Positions 1 to 12,129 of a stretch of DNA of 32,000 nucleotides are shown piece by piece. The position numbers and the translations under genes are program-made. Source of the stretch: Mycobacterium leprae TN (GTDB taxonomy: Bacteria; Actinomycetota; Actinomycetes; Mycobacteriales; Mycobacteriaceae). The stretch covers positions 2,820,001 through 2,852,000 of the forward strand of contig NC_002677.1 of the NCBI RefSeq assembly GCF_000195855.1, given 5' to 3'. A model generated the notes under the pieces. It did not search any database, was not told the origin of the DNA, and saw only the letters and a list, made by a program, of their open reading frames with translations. How positions within the stretch are numbered: position 1 is the stretch's first letter; every line of letters starts with the position of its first letter.

Positions 1-1709
1 CCGGGCCCCTCAACCCAATCGGCCAGCATCCCCGCCATCGCTGCCACCCGCGACGCCGTCTTACCCGTCACCACCAACGTCGACACCGCAGTGTTGGAAC
101 TGCATTCTGTGACCGGTGTCAGCTCAGGACCCTGCTCAATGACAACATGCGCGTTCGTCCCACCGAAGCCAAACGATGACACCGCCGCGCGCCGCAGATG
201 CCCTGTATCCGGCCATTCCATATGCTTATCAACAACTTTCATACGCAACTCAGCAAAAGGAATATGCAGGTTCGGGCTTTCAAAACGCTGATTCGGTGGA
301 ATCTGGCCACGCTGCACCGCCAACACTGTCTTGATGAAGCCGGCGATGCCCGCAGCAGCCTCCAAGTGACCCAGGTTAGTCTTAACAGCCCCGATCAGTA
401 GCGGAGAATCCTCGGCACGTCCCCGACCCAGCACCGCACCCAAAGCGCGCGCTTCTATCGGATCTCCCAACAGAGTCCCGGTCCCATGAGTTTCGACGTA
501 GTCAATGGCAGTCGGTGGCATTGCTGCGTTGGCATACGCGGTGCGCAGAACCGCTACTTGGGCCGCCGGGTTAGGAGCCATCAGCCCGTTGGAGCGGCCA
601 TCCTGATTGACAGCAGAACCGCGGATAATGGCAAGCACCCGATCACCGTCGCGCTGCGCATCGGTCAACCGTTTAAGCACCACTACGCCAGCACCTTCAC
701 CGCGCACAAACCCGTCCGCCGCAGCATCGAACGCGCGGCAACAACCGGTAGGCGACAACGCCCCGACCTGGTCGAAGCCACGAAATACGGCCGGAGACAA
801 TAGCAAATTCACGCCCGCCGCAATAGCCAGGTTGGCATCCGCGGTCCGCAGGCTTTGGCAGGCTAAGTGGATCGCTACCAACGACGACGAGCACGCCGTA
901 TCAACCGCCACCGATGGACCACGTAAGTCGAGGAAATACGAAAGGCGGTTCGCTATGATGCTCATCGCGCCACCCGTGTTGCTCCAGCCATCCACTTGGG
1001 AGAGATCGGTGGAAGCGATAGCACCATATTCGCTCAGGCACGATCCGGCGAATACTCCTGTTTGCGAACGACGCAGCGAGTTGGACGAAATTCCCGCGTG
1101 CTCCAACGCCTCCCAAGCCACTTCCAGCAGAAGGCGCTGCTGCGGATCCATCTTGTCAGCCTCGCTGGGTGAGATCTCGAAAAATTCCGAGTCAAAGGCG
1201 TCAATATCCTCCAAGAATGACCCCCACCGCGTAGTACGGGCGAGCAGTGCTTTTACTTCCGGCGAGCCGTCGTCGAAGAGCTCCCACCGTTCATTGGGAA
1301 CCTGTCCGATGGAGGAACGACGGTCACACAGAAACTGCCACAACGCTTCTGGACCAGATATCCCCCCTGGGAAACGACACCCCATCCCGATGACAGCGAT
1401 CGGCTCCTCGAGTGCACCCTGGACCGAGCGCCGTGGCGCCGATTCTGATTCGGGGTCAGGTGCGGGAGCAATGAGATAGGCGGCCAGCGCGTTGATCGTC
1501 GGATGCTCCCAGAAGTCAATCGGGGATACGGTCTTACCCAACAAATCGGTCAATTCCCCGGAGAGCACAACTGCATCACGGGAGCTCATACCCAAGTCGG
1601 TCAACGATAGATTAAGATCGACTTCATCCGGTGTGCAGCCGATATTAGTCACCAAGTAGTTGACTAGCCAGTGGCAAAGGTCAGCTTCGCTACCAATGCT
1701 CGCCGTCAT
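1..1709 (-). CDS. ppsA: Phthiocerol synthesis type-I polyketide synthase PpsA, 5' part (ACP-KS start); runs off the left edge of the window
   Basis: Minus-strand reading from ATG at 1709..1707: MTASIGSEADLCHWLVNYLVTNIGCTPDEVDLNLSLTDLGMSSRDAVVLSGELTDLL..., an N-terminal ACP, followed by a ketosynthase with in-frame VDTACSSSL (active-site Cys codon at 891..893), YVETHGTGT (~480..500) and VKTNLGHLE (~365..395). The frame is still open at base 1 (...SRVAAMAGMLADWVEGP). Missing from the ORF track only because it has no stop inside the window. Confidence 0.93.
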   Translation of the reverse strand, partial: MTASIGSEADLCHWLVNYLVTNIGCTPDEVDLNLSLTDLGMSSRDAVVLSGELTDLLGKTVSPIDFWEHPTINALAAYLIAPAPDPESESAPRRSVQGALEEPIAVIGMGCRFPGGISGPEALWQFLCDRRSSIGQVPNERWELFDDGSPEVKALLARTTRWGSFLEDIDAFDSEFFEISPSEADKMDPQQRLLLEVAWEALEHAGISSNSLRRSQTGVFAGSCLSEYGAIASTDLSQVDGWSNTGGAMSIIANRLSYFLDLRGPSVAVDTACSSSLVAIHLACQSLRTADANLAIAAGVNLLLSPAVFRGFDQVGALSPTGCCRAFDAAADGFVRGEGAGVVVLKRLTDAQRDGDRVLAIIRGSAVNQDGRSNGLMAPNPAAQVAVLRTAYANAAMPPTAIDYVETHGTGTLLGDPIEARALGAVLGRGRAEDSPLLIGAVKTNLGHLEAAAGIAGFIKTVLAVQRGQIPPNQRFESPNLHIPFAELRMKVVDKHMEWPDTGHLRRAAVSSFGFGGTNAHVVIEQGPELTPVTECSSNTAVSTLVVTGKTASRVAAMAGMLADWVEGP

Positions 1710-3457
1710 ACCGTCACGTCCAGTCGTTTGAATCCGTCACTGCGATAACGTTCGACACAGGCCGAACGTCGGACCTTGCCGCTTGTGGTGATCGGGATTG
1801 AGCCCGGTGACACCAGAACGAGGTCGGCCACATGCAAACTATGTAACTTCGATATAGCGGATGTGACTTCACGCTTCACCGAATGGACTTTGTGCATGTG
1901 GTCTTCCGCGGACGCTCCATGTTCCTTGTATTCAATGATCGCCACCAACTGCTCGGTGAGGTCGTCCGGCACAGTGATCGCCGCGACCCGACCGCCGGTG
2001 ATCTCCTGGATTGTCGCTTCGATGTCGTCCGGGTAGTGGTTGCGACCATCGACAATGAGCAAGTCTTTGATGCGGCCCATGATGAACAGTTCGCCGTCTG
2101 ACATAACACCCAGATCTCCGGTCCGCAGCCACGGACCTTCCGAAGTGCCAGGCGCGGGGTTGACAATCTTTGCATTGAACGTACGTGCAGTCTGCTCGGG
2201 CTTCCGCCAATACCCCATGGCAACGTGGTCGCCCTGTACCCAGATCTCCCCAACCATTCCAGCAGGGTTCTCGATCATGGACTCCGGATCGACGATTCGC
2301 ACAGCCGATGCATCAGGGGAGCCATAACTAATTAGTTCGGTCGCGACACTCCCTTCGGCTCGGCGGGCCTTAGCCTTACTGGCCGTCAGGTATTCGTAGT
2401 CAAAACGAACCGCCTTAGGTGCGGTGCCAGGTTCCGGAGCCGCCACGTACACGGTCGCTTCCGCAAGCCCGTACGAGGGTCGTACCACCGAGGGGCTGAG
2501 ATTGAACCGAGCGAAGCGCTCGGTGAAACGTTTCACCGTTGCGATATGGACTCGTTCGCTGCCGCTGATGATTCCGGCCACATCCCCGAGGTCGAGTCCG
2601 TTCATGTCGTCGTCGGACGTTCTGCGTACGGCCAGCTCAAAGGCAAAATTCGGTGCCGCAGAAAAACACGCCTGGGTAGTGGCAAGAAGTTGCATCCAAC
2701 AGGCGGGGCGCCGCAAAAATGACATAGGGCTCAACAACACCGAGCTTCGCCCCGCGACCATTGGAGCACAGACCCCAAGAATCAAGCCCATGTCGTGAAA
2801 CAAGGGAAGCCATGACACCACGGTCGTGTTCAGAGTTTTTGCGGCATCGCCGAAATAGCCGTTCATGCTTTGCTGCACGTTAGCGATAACGTTCTTATGC
2901 GACACCATAACACCGGCTGGCGTACGTGTCGACCCGGATGTGTATTGGAGGTAAGCCGGGCTAGTAAAAGGCTGGGGGACTTTTGGAAGCGGGAGTGACG
3001 CGTTCAAGTCAAGCAGATCGATCTCAATGACAGACGGAGCGTTCCACCCATCTTGTTCACATGCGTATTTCGCCACGTCACTAACCACAAATGAAGTTGT
3101 AAGAATAGCGATCGGTTGAGAATCCCGTAACACCGCCGAAACGCGTTCGTCGTGAATCGCATACTGCGGTGGCGAAAGAGGTACCGCGATAAATCCGGCC
3201 TGAAGAGCCCCTAAGAACGCGATAATATATTCCAGTCCCTGTGGCGCCAAAATTGCAACTCGATCACCGGGCACACCACACAATTTGAGTTCGTCAGCAA
3301 GGACGCATGAACGCATATAAACTTGCGACCACGTCAAGCTCTCAACAAAACCCTTCGGGTCCGACCCGTAGTCGATGTATGTGTAGGCGGTAGTGTCAGC
3401 CTGCTGATCCGCCCGTTCTTTCAGCAAAGCGGGGACGGAAAAGTTGGTTACGACCAT
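1706..3457 (-). CDS. fadD26: Long-chain fatty-acid--AMP ligase (FAAL) FadD26
   Basis: Track ORF 1706..3586; the likely start is the internal Met at 3457 (MVVTNFSVPALLKERADQQADTTAYTYIDYGSDPKGF...). Contains YLQYTSGSTRTPAGV, SWLPLFHDMGLI, SYGLAEATVYVA, GDLGVMSDGELFIMGRIKDLLIVDGRNHYPDDIE and a C-terminal SGKVRRSACVERY. Adjacent to and overlapping ppsA. Confidence 0.95.
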   Translation of the reverse strand: MVVTNFSVPALLKERADQQADTTAYTYIDYGSDPKGFVESLTWSQVYMRSCVLADELKLCGVPGDRVAILAPQGLEYIIAFLGALQAGFIAVPLSPPQYAIHDERVSAVLRDSQPIAILTTSFVVSDVAKYACEQDGWNAPSVIEIDLLDLNASLPLPKVPQPFTSPAYLQYTSGSTRTPAGVMVSHKNVIANVQQSMNGYFGDAAKTLNTTVVSWLPLFHDMGLILGVCAPMVAGRSSVLLSPMSFLRRPACWMQLLATTQACFSAAPNFAFELAVRRTSDDDMNGLDLGDVAGIISGSERVHIATVKRFTERFARFNLSPSVVRPSYGLAEATVYVAAPEPGTAPKAVRFDYEYLTASKAKARRAEGSVATELISYGSPDASAVRIVDPESMIENPAGMVGEIWVQGDHVAMGYWRKPEQTARTFNAKIVNPAPGTSEGPWLRTGDLGVMSDGELFIMGRIKDLLIVDGRNHYPDDIEATIQEITGGRVAAITVPDDLTEQLVAIIEYKEHGASAEDHMHKVHSVKREVTSAISKLHSLHVADLVLVSPGSIPITTSGKVRRSACVERYRSDGFKRLDVTV

Positions 3458-4102
3458 ACCACACCTTCCACCTTCCGTTCGGTTTGACAGCTCATTGGCC
3501 TGACCGCGTTCATGATGTACCCGAACTGTGCTACCCCCCCGATGGATCGCACAGCTCGACTTCCCGACGCTGGGAAACCTCAGCAAGCTGAGCTGACCAG
3601 GCTGCTGTGACGATTACGCAGCTCTAGCTATCGAGGCACGTCTGCGTGCCTACCGAAGCCCATCTGCATGGTGTCAAACCTACTGTCCCTTGACTAAACC
3701 TGCTCCCCATACAATTCCCCCCATACAATCTTCCTGACATGTTAGGGTAATCTCTTCCAGAGACAGCTGGGTGCATTGGTTGAAAAATCCATATGCTTCC
3801 CAGCGATCGTCCACATCATCGACAGGTGCTTCTACTCTATTACTCTATCAGCTAGACCTTGACTGGTCCCTACCCGCGATTTCTACGGCCGTTGGTATGA
3901 CCTGTGGTAAATCGGCGGACGATGGTCGGCCAAGTGCGATTCGTGTTACACAGGGAGCCTGCGGCCAACTTTGGGACTGATGTCCCAATTTGTAACGAGA
4001 TTCACACCTAACTCCAACTGCACCGGTCATGGGTCATGGTGCGTGACAGGGTGGACAACAGTTAGCGTCGAACGCCGACCGATCCGCGACCGATAGACCC
4101 AG

Positions 4103-4933
<831 letters not shown>

Positions 4934-6429
4934 TTACTGAATACTTTGCCTTCGACAGCAACCGATTTGGGCGACATCAGCACGGCACTCAGCGCAGCGA
5001 CGGTCTGCACCCGGTAGACATGCGGAGAACGCTGGAGCGCACGAGCACACTGGCCGCACCGGTACCGTCGGACGACTATCCGGCGAGCAGAGCATGCTGG
5101 GATGGCTAACCTGCTCGAGGTCCGACGCACTCTCGTCAAGGAAGCACCCGCGATGGCAACGAAGAGATGGCCGACAAACGGTTTGGTTTGTGGCCAAGCT
5201 ACCTTGGTGGTGTCCACTCAGTGTTGGGCATTGATCCCGGCGGCAGCACCACAAAATCGAGAACCCAATCCCACGAACAATTTTAATCTCGGTGCAGCAT
5301 GATAGATTGACGCCAACAACGAGAGCAACAAGTTTTCCACATCTTGATTGATCGCTGCTACTGCTTCAACCGGCGTGGAGATCCTTGCCTTGGCTGTTCT
5401 GGCAAAGTTGCGGTCAGCCGGCGCCACTGGGTCCGCATAATCTAGTCCCATATACAGCGGACTTAGCTAGCAGTTCGACTTGTTCGTCGTCAGTGAGCGC
5501 CATTTGCCTATCGTTGTTATACCTAAAAACTATGGCTAACCACGCTGTCAGCCCAGCGGCAGAGTAGGATTACAATCTGTATCTTCAGTGTACTGATGCG
5601 CCACTTGTCCAGGCAAGTTCAGATTGAACCTGTACCCCACTACTATGACACGCGGGCTAGATAGACGCATCTGCCAACATGTTGGCAGATGCGTAAGTGT
5701 TGGCATAACCAATGATCGCATGGCATTGACCGCGTACTCGACAAGATTCCAGTATAATTTGGTTGATCTAGCGCGACGCATCGCCGGGTTGAGTTTTCGC
5801 TCGATTCGACATCGAGCATTAGTACAGCCTGGGGTACAATTCACCTCTAGCACTGAGCATAGAACGCACCGTACCGGCGTTGGCCGACCAATTCGGGCGT
5901 ACGTGAGTGTAAACGATCCCAAAGATCATTCACCCACTGTCCAGTGCGGCAAACACCCAACCATAATCTGGTAGCAAAGTTATGATTATGAGATTATGAT
6001 AGGTGCCGTCGCAAACTCGACTCGAAAGAACCTGATACTGATATGGGCCATTCCACGGGTACTTGATATTCGGCTATGTCAACGAACAAGGTGTCGGTCA
6101 AGTTAGCTCTTTCTCGGCGAACATTTATCTGCCTATTATCGACAATGGCTATCGACTTACGACTGAACAGCAGGATTTTCCTCAAGGTCGAAGCGGGAAA
6201 CCCTTTACGGCGGGACTCGCTAGCATCATTGCTAGGCTAGCGCCGGCGCTCCGCCAGGCAACGTGCTCTTTGGGACGTCCCGTCACGAGCAAGAGCTACC
6301 GATATTGAGCCCCCATCGGGCGGCGACGATTCCATCGTGCACATCAAGGAACGCCATAGCGTCGACTCGGTCGCACGCAGAGACCGGAGCCTGTGCGCGC
6401 CATTCCAGAACCGGGGCTGATCGTGTTGT

Positions 6430-7090
6430 CATGTGCCGTACTCATGGCAACCCAATCACCGTGCTGGTTATTAACGATGCAGCTGTCCTCGCCGAGTTAA
6501 TGTCGATGACGTTACGCTACGAGAACTGGAACATAGTCGCCGCCCGATAGATCACGGGCGGTCGTGGCAGCTCCGCACGCAGCGACCAGATGTGGCTGTT
6601 CTAGAGGTGATGATACCCGACATGAGCCAGCTCGACGTGCTGCACAAGTTACACGAAGACCACCCCCACTATCGCACGCGGTTAAAGACCGCATCGCTGG
6701 GCTAACTGCAGGCGGCGATGATGTCACTAAACGTTCAGCATCGAGGAGGTTAATGTTGCGGTTACGCGCGGTGCTGCGGTGCATCGGGGTTAAGACGGTA
6801 AACAGCGATGGCGAGGTTGGTGGCCGACAACTTAGTGTTGAACGCGGACAGTCACGCAGTAATGCACGCTGGTCACAAATCTCGTTGACCTCCACCGAGT
6901 TCGAGCTGCTACGATTTACGATGCACACCGCTGAGCGAATATTTGAGCAAGGCTCAGATCCTGGACCGGGTGCGGAGCTACGATTTCGGCGGCCACTCCA
7001 ACATCGTCTAGCTGTACATCTCCTACCTATGGCAAGAAGATAGACAGCAGTCTTAAGCCGATGATCCGCACGCTACGCGGGTTATCCAGC
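6430..7090 (+). pseudogene. tcrX: Decayed OmpR-family response regulator, TcrX-like
   Basis: Frame-broken pieces in order: PITVLVINDAAVLAELMSMTLRYENWNIVAA (receiver start), DRIAGLTAGGDDV(TK), RLRAVLR, SLTSTEFELLRFTMHTAERI, then SYDFGGHSNIV / LYISYLWQED. Followed by a kinase remnant and an lpqH remnant in the same relative order as Rv3765c-Rv3764c-Rv3763. Confidence 0.8.
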
Positions 7091-7114
7091 CCGCTAGCGT
7101 TTGCCGAGCTTGGT

Positions 7115-8465
7115 TGCTTCGGCTGGGCGGATACTAGTCGGGCAAGTCGTGGTGCTCACTCTGGTGTGCGTGGGAATTATCGCCACCACCGAATTAGCCT
7201 TGAACCACCATCTGATGGCGTAGCTCGGCGAAACCTCTTATTTATCGCTCCGCGTTTACGTACCTTGAACCCCAGCATCGGGGGTGAAGACGCGAGGAAT
7301 CCATACTAGCTATCCGAGGCCGGGAAGGTCCGAGGTTCCTTAATGCCCCGGTCCAGCCGGCCGACATGGTGGCCGCAGTAGTCAACAACGGCAAGGCAGT
7401 CGATGACGGCCATCTGACCAACAGCGATTTCCATGCCGCATTGACCCCCAGCCGCCCAGGCCCAGCTGAAACTAACCGCCGGCAGGCGTTGACTCCGCCA
7501 TGCTCCGGATGTGGATCGTCTTTGCAATAGTCACCGTGATCGCGCTGAACGCCTAGATAACCGCCGGCATGCTCATAATCAAACGGGCGCTGGCGCCGCT
7601 GAGACGCGTCGTCCAAACCGCGAGCCATGTGGCTGTTCTGCCGCTGGACCGCGGTGATGTTGTATTGCCGGTGGGCAGGTTCCCGAACCCGATGCAAACC
7701 CGCCATAAAGAGGTGGGTCGACTCGGATCGACCCTCAACCAGATGCTCGATCACATCACGGCCGCACCGGGGCACGGCAAGCGAACAAAACCAGTTGCAC
7801 CAGTTCGTCGCCAACGCCAGTCACGAATTGGACACACCGCTGAGCGCCACTATAACCTGATTAGCACAACGGATGGGCCGGATGGTCGAGGCCAGGAGGG
7901 GGTGCACACACGATGAGCTGGGTGTTACCCGAGACCAAGCAGACAACGCACCTCGTCGAGGACCTACTGCTCCTGGCCCGGCTGGACTCCGGTCACCCGT
8001 TAGAGCGCGAACAGGTGGACCCCTGTCTCGACTGGCCGTTGACGCAGTCAGCGAAGCACACGTAACAAGGACCGGGCCACCAGTGGGAGCTTTACCCACC
8101 TGAAGAGCCAGTGATTGTTCCCGGTGATGAGGCGCGGTTTCACCAAGTGATGACTGACCTGCTTGCCAACGTCCGCATCCATCCCGGCGCCAGCACCGTC
8201 GCGGTTGACCACCGACCCCAGCCATAGCATGCTGCAGGTGATAGCCAACGGCCCTGGCATTCCTTTATCACCTAAGTCGGAGGTGTTCGAGCGGTTCGCC
8301 CGCGGGGGAACCGCTCGAACACAAACGGGCAGTATCAAGCTGGGTTAGGCTACCGTATTCTCGGTAGTTAAGGCACACAACGGAAAGATCACGGTGAACA
8401 ATTCACCCGGTCACACCGAGTTCACGGTGCGGTTGCCACTCAACGGGTGGCAACCGCACCGTGAG
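7115..8465 (+). pseudogene. tcrY: Decayed sensor histidine kinase, TcrY-like
   Basis: Fragments: KRALAPLRRVVQTASHVAVLPLDRGDVVLPV..., EVGRLGSTLNQMLDHITAA, QFVANASHELDTPLSATIT (H-box), VIANGPGIPLSPKSEVFERFARGG, then FSVVKAHNGKITVNNSPGHTEFTVRLPLN. Stops and frameshifts lie between them. Confidence 0.82.
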
Positions 8466-9006
8466 CTAGTTCCAGATCACCACATAGCTAGTAGCAGATC
8501 ACGTCGATTTCCAATGGCCTGCTCAACGGCCACAGGGTTGACCAGAGGCACTGGCAACTGTCATTCTAGATAGAGATTGACGCGATTTCGGTTCAACAGG
8601 CGGCCGTGCAGGTTGCCGTACTTGTCCGAGTGGTCGCATTTTTAGGCCCGCTGCTGATGCTGGCCAAACTGTGCGACGACGAAGGCTCGTGCGAGACCGC
8701 AGGCACGGTAATGGCACCCGTTCGCATCGGGTCACACGGGCCCTGCAGCACGTGTTCGTCATCACCGCCACCGACCCTACTGCCGCGCCCAGCCTGGACA
8801 CCACGGTAATCTTGCAGCTATTGCCATTCTTGCTGGCCTCTGCCGCATCGATCATTTTAACCGCGATCCGACTTGTATCCCAGCGTCACACCGTTAACCT
8901 TGCCAAGCACAACGGACTTCACCTCGGTAGGATTACAATTTGGTGAGCACGGCGGCGATGCCTGTCGCGGCCCCACCGATCGTGATGTTGACGGTGCCAC
9001 CCGCAG

Positions 9007-9198
9007 TTATGCATACGACCGCGCCAGTGATGTCTTGGTTCTTCCCGTCTTATGATGCGTCGACCCGTCGGTAACAGCCGATGTAGCGCCTACACTCGAG
9101 GTCCCGCTGCTGTTAGTTGACTTGTTGCTCGAAAAGCCAAAAACACCAGCAACCAAAATTGCCGCCCCGGCTATCGCGACTGTCAGGCCACGCTCCAC
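9007..9198 (-). pseudogene. lpqH: Remnant of 19 kDa lipoprotein LpqH, lipobox Cys replaced by Phe
   Basis: Minus strand, from a GTG at 9198 behind an AAAGGAG-like ribosome site: VERGLTVAIAGAAILVAGVFGFSSNKSTNSSG..., close to the LpqH signal peptide with GCSSNKS changed to GFSSNKS. A later fragment DGSTHHKTG resembles the LpqH C-terminal region. Convergent with the tcrY remnant as at Rv3763/Rv3764c. Confidence 0.75.
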
Positions 9199-9559
9199 CT
9201 GTTCTCCTTTGCTCGATCTTTGCGGTTCATCGACGTTGAGTACCGTCTCAGCAATATGCTGAGTTAACACGACTGAACAAAAAATTCGGCGAAAAATTCT
9301 TCTGATAGCCCTCAGTCCTTCGCATGGTTATTACACGGATAGGAAGTGTATACATAACTTTTCTTTCTCCGGAAACCGGATCGATAGCGAGGTATTGCCT
9401 GTGGACCACAAACCCCTACCGCAGTCATCGAATCGTCCCACAGCTAACACACTTTGCCGTTCCACGACACCACGGATTTAGACAACGCTGATCATGGATT
9501 CATTGTTGCCCTATACCCATGCGCGATCAAAAGGACCGACAACAGCATGGGTGGAACAA

Positions 9560-11220
9560 CGACGTGTACTCGTTCCTCGGCGCCTTCGCACCGACTTCGG
9601 TGCATCCCAACCTCTGGCGGCAATAGACCCTAACCACCAAACAAGAAATGTTCGAAGTAGTTCGCGGTATCTATATCTATCCGATCCGCAGCTTCGATAT
9701 ATCGAATATCACCTTCGTTGAAGGCGACACGGGGATTATCGTAATATATTCGTAATTGATCCTCTGGTATCCACCGAAATGACCGCTGCGGCACTGGACT
9801 GGTACGGCAAGCCATCAGGATGGTGACCGTCCCGTCGTCGCGGTTGTCTATACCTATAACCACGTCTAGCTTCGTCGATCATTTCAACAGCGTTCTGGGC
9901 CTGGGCATCACCACACAAACGGACGCGTATCCGGCGATGGCACGGCCTGCAAAACTGCCAGGTGGGCTGCAGGCTCGACCAGGCCTCGTCCACCAGCTAG
10001 ATCACCGTCATCGTCTCGGCCAATCGACATCTGGACGACCGATGAGGCAACACCATCGACAGTGTGGCGGTCCATCAGCAGGACGTGTCGGACACCGAGG
10101 TCCCCACCGAGATGCATTTTCTATTCCCCACGATTTCGCACCCTGTTCATGACCAGGAATGACACCCACAACCACAGCCTGCTGGCTCTGCGGGGCACAT
10201 TGGTGCGAGATCCGCACACCTGGGCGTGCTATCCCTAACCGAAGCGATTGACACCTTCGCCGATCGAACCGATGCAGTGTTCTCCTCGCACCATTGACCA
10301 ACCTGGGGACGAAAGAACATCGTCAAATTCATGTCACTGCAACGCGACATGTATGCATATCTGCACAACCAGACACTGCAACTACTTAACCAGAGGTGCA
10401 CAGGCGTTAACATCGCGAAATTGTTCCAAATGCCACTCGTACTAGAACAGTACCGGGTAACCCCAGCTACTACGGGTTAATCAGCCACAACATGAAGGCG
10501 GCCTACGAGTGCTGCATGGGTTGGTTCGATGGCAATTCAGCACGGCTATAGCCGCACCCCCATAAGCAATCGGGCCCCGTTACGTCGACGCGATGGTCGG
10601 AATCGACCGGATAGTCGAACTTGCCCAAACAGCATTGCAATCCAGCAACTTCCTTTGGGCAGCAAAGCCACTCGATTATGCAATGTTCACCGACAGCTAG
10701 TATGCCACACCCTGGGCAGTGCGCTCCGACACGTTGGAGAAGTTGGCCTACGGTTAAGGAAATACTACATGGAGCAACTGTTGAATAAGGGGGTAAAAGA
10801 ATTAAGCTACAGCAATTTCGACACCGCTAGCACAATCAGCTCCGTATCAATGCTTAATCAGCCAACTCCTGAGCAAATCTTCGACCGGATCGCCATCCGT
10901 GTCAACTGACCGTATTAGCATCTCGATATCGTCATTGACATCACTTTCGCAAACCTTCGCACAAACTACCAACTTCCTTACGTAACGGGGTCATAATTTA
11001 CCGTCATCTCGCAGTTGTATACGCAACAGCAAAAGTTATAATGAAATTGTACAATAAGTTTCGACTACTTGAGTGTGGCGATGAACGATTTCAGTTCACC
11101 TGAACTGGAAGTTTCCAGCGACCGGGCCGGACTGCAGGCATTACTAAATGTGCTTGACGAGCCAGACCCAACTTCAACATCGTCACGCTGTAGCACTCCG
11201 GCTGAGAACCTCAAGTGACG
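9560..11220 (+). pseudogene. Decayed alkyl sulfatase-like metallo-beta-lactamase-fold hydrolase (Rv3762c-like)
   Basis: Ordered fragments in mixed frames: GDTGIIVI(YS)...LVSTEMTAAAALDWYGK, PVVAVVYTYNHV (metal-binding motif disrupted), EVPTEMHFLFP, DTFADRTDAVFSSHH, FMSLQRDMYAYLHNQTLRLLNQ, DRIVELAQTALQSSNFLWAAKPLDYAMFTDS, and a C-terminal LLNVLDEPDP. Location relative to lpqH and the FadE36-like gene matches Rv3762c. Confidence 0.7.
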
Positions 11221-11419
11221 TGGATAGCCACCTTGCACTCGGCAACAAATCGGAATACCGACGGTCGATGACCACTCAAGCGGCATAGTCAGTTAATTCC
11301 AGGATTCGAGCCTTCAGGGCCATCCAGATCGTAGTCGACGGTAGCCGCCGCGCTACCGGTATAGCTCAAACTTCTCTGACCTAGACACTGCCGCACAAAC
11401 CCCCACCTTCATGGCCACA

Positions 11420-11880
11420 GTCAGATCGACAGAAGCTAATTGTAGCCCACCGACAGCACCCAAAACAACAACCGATTCTCCTTGCACGACATGGATAATA
11501 GTCTAAAGGGGACCTCGAAGTTGAGAGCGACCACCGCGGCGAACAAATCCTTGGTGAAGTCGATCAGATTGTCGTAAAGCGGCGACATATCCACGTTGTA
11601 ATCAAGGTATCCACCCTGCCGAAGCACTCGCAAGCTATTTCAACCAAAATCCGTCGATCTGGTCCCAGTGTCCTACTTGCACTTTATAAGCCGCAGCAGC
11701 GCTACCGATTTCGGCCCCAATCTCCTCGGCGGTGGCAATGCATTTATCCATCTTGCGGCTAGCGATAACCCCGCCAGCTCCGCAACGTGCAGCGACAAAA
11801 CCGATTTCGCGTCCCCGTCCGCAGCTGCCACCAGTGATCAATACTACCCGGTAGATGGTACCGAAAGCTGACATAAATAA
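11420..11880 (-). pseudogene. Decayed short-chain dehydrogenase/reductase
   Basis: Minus strand: VVLITGGSCGRGREIGFVAARCGAGGVIASRKMDKCIATAEEIG (damaged Rossmann glycine motif) followed in another frame by MSPLYDNLIDFTKDLFAAVVALNFEVPFRL. Confidence 0.65.
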
Positions 11881-12129
11881 CCTTATTCGGTGCATCTTGG
11901 TCGGTCGTGACCAGACGAGCTCAGCTGAGGTGGGGATGAGTTGCGGAATCATCGACTCGAAAGTTACGGTGATCTTGACGTCAACTTTGCCGGTTCTTAC
12001 GGCTCCGCGGCGTAGGTCTTCTCCAGATACAATATCAACCTTCCAGTTGTCCAACGCCAGATAGTAGTCTATTTTCTCGACGGAAAACCACCTGACCGTT
12101 TCGGAGCGTTACAGCAACTCGCTGCGAGT

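Noticed and set aside
91-1519. Track ORFs such as 607..1479 (+, 290 aa) and several minus ORFs
   Set aside because: They lie antisense or out of frame over the ppsA coding frame, which carries all ketosynthase motifs; the long plus ORF is a GC-rich shadow ORF.
1776-2798. Plus-strand ORFs of 86, 72, 95 and 124 aa over fadD26
   Set aside because: Antisense shadow ORFs of a well supported FAAL gene.
5548-5974. Overlapping 124 aa (-) and 116 aa (+) ORFs considered as real small genes
   Set aside because: Neither shows a signal peptide, domain or family signature I recognise, and both contain unlikely compositions; probably chance ORFs in decayed DNA.
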